Source: Fibrobacterota bacterium (GTDB lineage: Bacteria; Fibrobacterota; Fibrobacteria; UBA11236). From it: a stretch of DNA of 12,232 nucleotides. How positions within the stretch are numbered: the first letter of the stretch is position 1; every line of letters begins with the position of its first letter. A program made the translations under genes and the position numbers. Positions 6,713-12,232 of this stretch are shown piece by piece. Below the pieces are notes generated by a model. The model saw only the letters and a list, made by a program, of their open reading frames with translations, made no database searches and had not been told where the DNA came from. The DNA lies in assembly GCA_043753995.1 (NCBI GenBank), contig JAYUVP010000013.1:1-12232 (forward strand). Reading direction: 5' to 3'.

Positions 6713-8052
6713 GTTTCTTGCAGCTTGTACTCGTTGAGTTTGTTTCGCAAGGTACGGATGCTGATATTCAGCATTTCGGCAGCCTGGGTGCGATTGTCTT
6801 CGCAAGACTCCAAGGTTTTCATAATAAGAAGTTTTTCGGCTTCGGCCACGGTCATGCCTGCGAACAATCCCACCTCACGGGGATTCTCTCCCGGCACGGG
6901 AGCATCAAGCCTTAAATCCTGCGGTCCGATTTCTCGATTCTTCGCGAAGACCACGGCGCGCTGAATCACGTTTTCTAATTCGCGGACATTGCCCGGCCAG
7001 CCATGCTGGAGCAAGCGTTGCATAGCGGTGGCGCCGAAACCTGGCACAGTGAATCCATTATCGCCATTGTATTTGCCAACGAAGAATAAGGCTAAGGCCT
7101 CGATATCCGCGGTGCGATCGCGCAGCGGAGGCACCCGCACGGGAATCACATTGAGGCGATAAAACAGGTCTTCGCGAAAAGTCCCTTTGCGGACTTCTTC
7201 TTCCAAATTGCGGTTGGTGACAGCCACGATGCGCACATCTACGGGAATCTCCTCGCTGCCACCCACCTTGGTGATTTCCCGCTCCTGGAGGACGCGCAAG
7301 AGCTTGCTTTGGGCAAAGAGCGGCATTTCCCCGACTTCATCCAGCATCAGAGTCCCGCCATGGGCCTGCTCGAATTTGCCGACGCGGGTGCGAATGGCGC
7401 CGGTATAAGCGCCTTTCTCATGGCCGAAGAGTTCACTTTCGATCAGGGATTCGGGAATGGCCGCGCAATTGATTTTCACGAAGGGCTTGTCCGCGCGGCG
7501 ACTCTTGAGATGAATGGCTTGCGCCAGCAATTCCTTGCCGGTCCCCGATTCGCCAGTGATTAGCACGGTCGAATTCGAAGCGGCCACTTCTTCGACGGTG
7601 CGCATGAGTTCTTGCACCGGGGCGGCCTCGCCCACGAAGCGGTAGCGATCGGCCAAAGACTCACGCAAGCGGCGATTCTCGCCTTCGAGGCTGCGCAGTC
7701 GCAAAACCTGGGCAACCGTATGCTCAAGCATTTCAATTTGAAAGGGTTTTTCGACGAAGTCACGCACGCCAAGCTTCATGGCCTTCACGGCATTCTCTAT
7801 GGTGCCGAAGGCCGTCATGAGAATGATGCTGGCCGAAGGATCGCGGTGAATGATTTTCTCCGCCATTTCCAGACCGGTCATGCCAGGCATTTTGAAATCG
7901 GAAATCACCAGCTCAAAACGGCCCGACTCATAAGCTTCCAAGGCTTCCTGACCATGGCGCTTGACCCGCACGCGATGCCCCAGCCTCGAAAGGCTGGCGG
8001 AGATCAAATCGCGCATTAACTCTTCATCATCCACGACTAGGATGTCAGCCAT
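6709..8052 (-). CDS. Sigma-54-dependent response regulator, NtrC family (REC + AAA+ + Fis HTH), FleR/FlrC-like by context
   Basis: REC ILVVDDE...VISDFKMPGMTG...EKPF; Walker A GESGTGKE; ESELFGHEKGAYTGA; Walker B LMLDEVGEM; FREDLFYRLNV; WPGNVRELEN; HTH NRTQAAEMLNISIRTLRNKL. Confidence 0.96.
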   Translation of the reverse strand: MADILVVDDEELMRDLISASLSRLGHRVRVKRHGQEALEAYESGRFELVISDFKMPGMTGLEMAEKIIHRDPSASIILMTAFGTIENAVKAMKLGVRDFVEKPFQIEMLEHTVAQVLRLRSLEGENRRLRESLADRYRFVGEAAPVQELMRTVEEVAASNSTVLITGESGTGKELLAQAIHLKSRRADKPFVKINCAAIPESLIESELFGHEKGAYTGAIRTRVGKFEQAHGGTLMLDEVGEMPLFAQSKLLRVLQEREITKVGGSEEIPVDVRIVAVTNRNLEEEVRKGTFREDLFYRLNVIPVRVPPLRDRTADIEALALFFVGKYNGDNGFTVPGFGATAMQRLLQHGWPGNVRELENVIQRAVVFAKNREIGPQDLRLDAPVPGENPREVGLFAGMTVAEAEKLLIMKTLESCEDNRTQAAEMLNISIRTLRNKLNEYKLQET

Positions 8053-9307
8053 TTCCCGTTCCCTTCGCGTCGATGCGCACTTGAAATTCCGTTCCCTTAC
8101 CCACTTCGCTGGTCACGCTCAATTGGCCGCCATGCAAGGCCACAATGCGTTGCACTATGGCCAAGCCGAGGCCGGTGCCCTGTTCCTTGGTGGTGAAGAA
8201 GGGGTTGAAGATCTTGTCCAAATTGGCCGGGACTATGCCGAGGCCAGTATCGCAAACGCCGATGCGCAGCCAACCGTCCTCGTCCATGGCCGCCTTCAAG
8301 GTGAGGACACCTTGGCCGGGCATGGCTTGAATGGCATTGAAAATCAAATTGAGAAAAACCTGCTGAAATTTTTCCGTATCCAAACGAATAGGCAGGGAGG
8401 CGAAAGCCCATTCGCGTACGATTTCGATGGGCTTATTTTCCTTGGCGATTTCGACTTCGGCATAGCGCAGAATCTCATCCATCCAGTGGGTGAACTCGAC
8501 GCGATGCAAATTCAATTCCATGGGGCGCGTGTAGACTAAAAGGTTGCTGACGATTTTATTCAGGCTCGACACGCCCTGCACGATTTTGCGCACCAAGAGG
8601 CGTCTGGGATCGTCGATTTCGAGATCGCGCTCCAGCAAACCCGCGAAGCCGCCAATGCCGGCCAGGGGATTGCGTATTTCATGGGCCACCGTGGCCGCCA
8701 TTTCGCCCATAGCCGCCAGGGTTTGGGCATGTTGCATGCGCTGTTGCATGCGCTTGATTTCGGTAAGATCGCTAGCCACCTCGACGGCTCCCAAGACCTG
8801 TCCTTGGGGATCCCTAACCAAAGACGTTGTGAAGCCAATCGGCTTATAGGTGTCCCCCACTTTCCAGTATCGCTCGCCTCCGGTCTTGGCATTCCCGTCT
8901 TTCAAGGTTTGCAATAAGGGCAAGTCCCCGTCGGTCATATCTGCAAAGAGGTCGGCATAGCTCGCTCCCCTTGCATGTATGGCAGGAACGGCGAACATTT
9001 TCTCGGCAGCCGCATTGTAAAGGTTGATGCGACCATCGGTATTCACCATGACCGCGGCCGAGTCCATGCTTTCCAATACGGATCGGAGTTGATTACGTAC
9101 CTGTTCATTCTCGCTCAGCGCAGCGGTCAATTCACGATTCTTGTCTTCGAGTTCGCGGCTAATGCGATCGAAGCGCGACATGAGAATGCGATAGGCCTCT
9201 TCCAGGCGTTCGACATGGCCGCGAAACCAATCGAAAAGCCCGGTCATTTTGGCTTGGGTTTCGGGAGGCAACCCGGCAATCATGTCCGCTGGCGAGGCCG
9301 ATGTCAT
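8045..9307 (-). CDS. Soluble PAS-domain histidine kinase, NtrB family, FleS/FlrB-like
   Basis: N-terminal coiled coil (LFDWFRGHVERLEEAYRILMSRFDRISREL) resembling the FleS/FlrB N-terminus; PAS (VLESMDSAAVMVNTDGRINLYNAAAEKMF); H-box GEMAATVAHEIRNPL; NLIFNAIQAM; DTGLGI; IFNPFFTTKEQGTGLGLAIV. Overlaps the response regulator start by 8 nt. Confidence 0.94.
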   Translation of the reverse strand: MTSASPADMIAGLPPETQAKMTGLFDWFRGHVERLEEAYRILMSRFDRISRELEDKNRELTAALSENEQVRNQLRSVLESMDSAAVMVNTDGRINLYNAAAEKMFAVPAIHARGASYADLFADMTDGDLPLLQTLKDGNAKTGGERYWKVGDTYKPIGFTTSLVRDPQGQVLGAVEVASDLTEIKRMQQRMQHAQTLAAMGEMAATVAHEIRNPLAGIGGFAGLLERDLEIDDPRRLLVRKIVQGVSSLNKIVSNLLVYTRPMELNLHRVEFTHWMDEILRYAEVEIAKENKPIEIVREWAFASLPIRLDTEKFQQVFLNLIFNAIQAMPGQGVLTLKAAMDEDGWLRIGVCDTGLGIVPANLDKIFNPFFTTKEQGTGLGLAIVQRIVALHGGQLSVTSEVGKGTEFQVRIDAKGTGNG

Positions 9308-9312
9308 GGGGT

Positions 9313-9798
9313 CTAAGCCGAGCCGCGAAAAATGGCCAGGCGCGCCTGCAATTCCTCGTCCGGATTGCGCGTGGTCAGAGCCGAGGTAGTCGTGCCCTCC
9401 GACCCGGCGGCGGAGGCAGATCCGGACACCTCTTTGCCAGCCAGATCCGACTCGGGAAAGGCTCCTTGATGGCGACCATGAATGGCATTCGCCACGGTTT
9501 CGATTTCGCTAAGCACTTGGGCCACCCCCTGCTCGCGAAGGCTGACCTTTTCGGCCTCAGGCAAGCCTCCGAATTGCTTTACCAAAGGAGCCAATTCAGC
9601 GCGTGTGGTTAAAACCCGTTCTTGCACTGCGGTTTGCTTTTGCACCAAATCCATGAGCCCCGAAAAAGCGCCTTGATTCAAACAGGCCAATGCCTCGGCC
9701 TGTAAGCCTTCCAGCTCACGCAATGCCTGCAACTCTTGCCGTAGCAAGGTCAGGAATCGTGTCAGGAAATTGGCGTCTTTAATCGAGAACCTCCGCAT
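9313..9798 (-). CDS. Helical coiled-coil protein, FlgN-like flagellar export chaperone candidate
   Basis: 161-aa ORF filling the gap in the operon. The pattern LTLLRQELQALRELEGLQAEALACLNQGAFSGLMDLVQKQTAVQERV resembles the FlgN/FliT helical bundle. CDS is likely; the family call is by eye only. Confidence 0.65.
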   Translation of the reverse strand: MRRFSIKDANFLTRFLTLLRQELQALRELEGLQAEALACLNQGAFSGLMDLVQKQTAVQERVLTTRAELAPLVKQFGGLPEAEKVSLREQGVAQVLSEIETVANAIHGRHQGAFPESDLAGKEVSGSASAAGSEGTTTSALTTRNPDEELQARLAIFRGSA

Positions 9799-10918
9799 AT
9801 TCCTTTTGCCAAATGGCGTCTTCGCGTTGCCACTTGGCCTGAGCGGCCCAATAGCTATCGGAGAAATTATCGATCACGCGTTGATAGGCATTCAAGGCCA
9901 AGTCATAGCGGCCTTGTGCTTTATGCACATTGCCGATTTGATACCAGGCCCAGGGTAAATCCGCGGCGTCGGAATGGGCTTTGACAAAGGCCTGATAGCG
10001 ATCCATGGCGCCTTTCCAATCCTTTTGGCGAAAACTCATGTCGGCTGACCGAACCTGGGCCTCTAGGCAAAGTGACTTGGCTTCGGGCACATTCGCAGCT
10101 TGACAGGTTTTCTGCGCCGCTTCGAAATGGGCCATGGCCCGCGCCGGTTTACCGAATTGGGCTTCATGCAATCCCGAACGCAATTGCAAATAAATATTTC
10201 GATACCCGCTCTTATTCGTCGTCAGGGCTTGGGTGAAATAAGCCGCGCGTTTTTGCATGTCGGGCATTTTCTCGCCGCATAATGCCAATTGCCAATCGCG
10301 TTCCGCCGCCGAGGGACCGAAAATTTGATCGGGCTGCAATTTCAGAAAATAGCGTTCGGCCTTGACCGCACTTTCCACATTGTCTTCGAGACCATGAGCA
10401 CGTCCATACAGGTAATAGGCTAGACTAAAATATTTGCGGTTGCGTTCAGGCGACGCCCCAGAGAAGGCTTCCAATTGGTTCAAGGCCTCCTTGCCTAATT
10501 GCATGCGCAAATAGACGGCGGCCAAATTCAGTCGGGCGATGTCGGCATTTTCCGTGCCTGGAAAATCGCGCACGATTTCTTTCAGGGTCTGTACCGTGGG
10601 CTCTAGTCGCTCACGACGAAAATAAGCATGGGCTTGCGCCATTTGCTTTCCCGAGGGCGAAAGGCTATCGGCAATCAAAAACAGAAAACCATCTTCCATC
10701 GGCAAACCCGAAACCGAGGAGACTACGGGCGCCGCTTCGTGGCTTTCGGCCTTTGCCTCTACCTTTTCGGTGTCACTCGGAGACGCCACCGTATGGGCTT
10801 CGTGAGAAGGGTCAACCGCCGCTTTGTGAGGCGCTTCTATGGCAGCCTTGTCAGCTGCTTCTACGGCAGGCTTGTCATGCGCCTCTGGCGTTTCTTTCTC
10901 CAGAGCTGGATTTTCCAT
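9779..10918 (-). CDS. C-terminal fragment of the frameshifted TPR protein, as read
   Basis: TPRs such as ARLNLAAVYLRMQLGKEALNQLE and AWYQIGNVHKAQGRYDLALNAYQRVIDNFSDS; the frame is open upstream of the ATG as far as 11188. Confidence 0.55.
   Translation of the reverse strand: MENPALEKETPEAHDKPAVEAADKAAIEAPHKAAVDPSHEAHTVASPSDTEKVEAKAESHEAAPVVSSVSGLPMEDGFLFLIADSLSPSGKQMAQAHAYFRRERLEPTVQTLKEIVRDFPGTENADIARLNLAAVYLRMQLGKEALNQLEAFSGASPERNRKYFSLAYYLYGRAHGLEDNVESAVKAERYFLKLQPDQIFGPSAAERDWQLALCGEKMPDMQKRAAYFTQALTTNKSGYRNIYLQLRSGLHEAQFGKPARAMAHFEAAQKTCQAANVPEAKSLCLEAQVRSADMSFRQKDWKGAMDRYQAFVKAHSDAADLPWAWYQIGNVHKAQGRYDLALNAYQRVIDNFSDSYWAAQAKWQREDAIWQKEYAEVLD
10790..10885 (-). repeat. Degenerate 24-bp (8-aa) tandem repeat, 3-4 copies, in the TPR protein linker
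   Basis: Units gaggcgcatgacaagcctgccgta / gaagcagctgacaaggctgccata / gaagcgcctcacaaagcggcggtt / gacccttctcacgaagcccatacg encode EAHDKPAV / EAADKAAI / EAPHKAAV / DPSHEAHT. Confidence 0.65.
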
Positions 10919-10977
10919 GGCCTTTTCTACCTCGGCGATGGCTTTCCCTTCTTCCTTGGCTGCAGTGGCCTTAGCGC

Positions 10978-11829
10978 TTACGCCTTTGGCTGGAAGCGTA
11001 CGCAGCTCCTCAATCCATTTTTGGGCCTTCTCCTTACCGTCCGAGGACGGCGTCGCCTTAGCATAAGCCTCGAATTCGCTGATGGCCTCACCAGTGCGTC
11101 CGGCTTTTTGATAATGCGTCCGAGATAATAATGAGCATTGTATCCCCGGTCGGGATAAGCAAAGCTGCGCTTGAAATTGTAAGCGGCTTTATTCCATTCG
11201 CCGGCCTCATAGCGCATTACGCCGCCCAGATAATAAGCGCCGGGATGGCCGGGATATTGTCCTAAAACGCGCCGTAATTTTTCTTGTGCTTTTTCTTTTT
11301 TGCCTTCGCGATAAAGGTCGATGGCAGCCTGGAATTCCTTGTTTTCGTATTTGGGATCAAGGGACTTTCCAGGGGCTTCTTTTTTTGCAACCTCGCTAGG
11401 GATGACCTCGTCTTTAACCGGTTCCGCTTTCGCGGCTGGCTTGGCCTTGACGATAGGCTCGTGATTCGAGGCGTCTTCAGGATGGGCCGTGGCGGAGGTG
11501 GTTTTTGCCATTTTCCCCGAGGCTGTCATCACGCCTTGTTGCGCTTCCTTGTCCTGAGGATCTTTGGCTAATGCCTTGCGATAACTTTCCGCGGCCTCTT
11601 CCTTCTTCCCCATTTTCAAAAGAAGTTCGCCGCCCAAGCGATAGGCCGCCCCCGATTCCGGGTGCTCGGCCAAATGCAAATTCACTTCTTGCAGGGCTTG
11701 AGCCAATTGGCCTTGACCGGCCAATTTTCGGGCAATGCGCAGCCTTAATTCGCCATCCTCCGCCTGAACCCAAGCCACCGATAGGCTTAAGGCTAAGCAA
11801 AAAATCGAACGGAATCCGGCAAACAACAT
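10978..11829 (-). CDS. N-terminal fragment of the frameshifted TPR protein, as read
   Basis: Signal peptide plus TPRs (AYRLGGELLLKMGKKEEAAESYRKALAKDP; AYYLGGVMRYEAGEWNKAAYNFKRS); the Arg-rich tail after LGRI looks out of frame. Confidence 0.5.
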   Translation of the reverse strand: MLFAGFRSIFCLALSLSVAWVQAEDGELRLRIARKLAGQGQLAQALQEVNLHLAEHPESGAAYRLGGELLLKMGKKEEAAESYRKALAKDPQDKEAQQGVMTASGKMAKTTSATAHPEDASNHEPIVKAKPAAKAEPVKDEVIPSEVAKKEAPGKSLDPKYENKEFQAAIDLYREGKKEKAQEKLRRVLGQYPGHPGAYYLGGVMRYEAGEWNKAAYNFKRSFAYPDRGYNAHYYLGRIIKKPDALVRPSANSRLMLRRRRPRTVRRRPKNGLRSCVRFQPKA

Positions 11830-11873
11830 CCTCACCTCTTCATCAGGGCTTTAGCATGGCTCTATGTCAGGCC

Positions 11874-11903
11874 ATTATAAGAAAGGTGATGGACACTCTG
11901 CCA
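11874..11903 (-). promoter_or_regulatory. Candidate sigma-70 promoter for the TPR / two-component operon
   Basis: Perfect TATAAT at 11879-11874, 45 nt before ATG 11829 and downstream of the serA terminator; the -35 is poor (TGGCAG at 18-nt spacing). Confidence 0.5.
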
Positions 11904-11940
11904 TAGTGCATGACATAAGATTTAAGGGGGCCGGAGCCCC

Positions 11941-11974
11941 AAAGGAAGACCCAGCCTGAATATCAGGCCGGGCC
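11941..11974 (-). terminator. Intrinsic terminator after serA
   Basis: GGCCCGGCCTGA-TAT-TCAGGCTGGGTC, a 12-bp stem whose two non-Watson-Crick pairs are G-U only on the minus strand, followed by TTCCTTT; begins 20 nt after the stop. Confidence 0.75.
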
Positions 11975-11994
11975 GATTCGAAACTAGAAAAGGC

Positions 11995-12232
11995 TTATTT
12001 CGATTTGAAACGCAGTAGGCGCACGCGAATGACGCCGGGCAGCTTGCGAATGGCTTCGGCCAAAGAGTCGGGAACCGATGCCTCAATGTCGATGAGGTTA
12101 TAGCCGATTTTGCCATTGCTCTCATTGGTCAAGGATTGAATATTGACGCCGGCGCCGCCCAAAACCTTGGTGATGTCGGAAATCATATTCGGCACGTCTT
12201 TATTGATCACAATGAGGCGCGTGCTGGTGTTT
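11995..12232 (-). CDS. serA: C-terminal ACT domain of D-3-phosphoglycerate dehydrogenase (5' part outside the window)
   Basis: Frame open to the window edge: NTSTRLIVINKDVPNMISDITKVLGGAGVNIQSLTNESNGKIGYNLIDIEASVPDSLAEAIRKLPGVIRVRLL matches the SerA-type ACT pattern. Confidence 0.85.
   Translation of the reverse strand, partial: NTSTRLIVINKDVPNMISDITKVLGGAGVNIQSLTNESNGKIGYNLIDIEASVPDSLAEAIRKLPGVIRVRLLRFKSK

Larger units (their letters stand above)
9779..11829 (-). pseudogene. Secreted multi-TPR protein (~683 aa if intact) interrupted by a single-base frameshift near 11105-11115
   Basis: Signal peptide MLFAGFRSIFCLALSLSVAWVQA with RBS GAGGTGA before ATG 11829. The TPR NAHYYLGRI continues in the -1 frame as YQKAGRTGEAISEFEAYAKATP, and that frame is open into the 9779-10918 TPR ORF. 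May be a sequencing error rather than a true pseudogene. Confidence 0.8.

Noticed and set aside
6713..6805. Longer start for the pseudo-receiver kinase
   Set aside because: Would overlap the HTH-coding end of the regulator; the GTGA overlap at 6712 is more plausible.
10790..10885. 24-bp repeats as a CRISPR-like array
   Set aside because: Degenerate, contiguous, in-frame coding repeats with no spacers and no cas genes.
11855..11905. Sigma-54 or sigma-28 promoter ahead of the TPR operon
   Set aside because: TGGCAG and TGGCCT lack a GC at the required 10-nt spacing; no TAAA-N15-GCCGATAA found.
205..11906. All plus-strand ORFs in the track (e.g. 1316-1822, 3899-4423, 7961-8539, 10628-11128) and short alternative-frame minus ORFs
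   Set aside because: They lie antisense to or out of frame within well-supported genes and show no recognisable motifs; treated as shadow ORFs.

Overview
A gene-dense bacterial chromosomal window with every credible gene on the minus strand. In transcription order (right to left): 3' end of serA (ACT domain); a terminator and promoter region; then a tightly coupled ~9.6 kb operon of a secreted TPR protein broken by a 1-nt frameshift, a FlgN-like helical protein, a FleS/FlrB-like PAS histidine kinase, an NtrC/FleR-like sigma-54 activator, a soluble histidine kinase flanked by two pseudo-receiver domains, a membrane HAMP-GGDEF (GGDDF) protein and a TM-TPR-TonB_C (AgmX/PglI-type) protein. A second unit with its own promoter encodes a 70-aa, 40% acidic protein and an MltD-like lytic transglycosylase with LysM repeats; the latter is missing from the ORF track and runs off the window edge. 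No RNA genes, mobile elements or CRISPR arrays were seen. The best candidate for an undescribed system is the pseudo-receiver kinase / diguanylate cyclase / TPR-TonB_C module attached to a flagellar-type two-component pair. All family calls come from motif recognition by eye; no searches were run.
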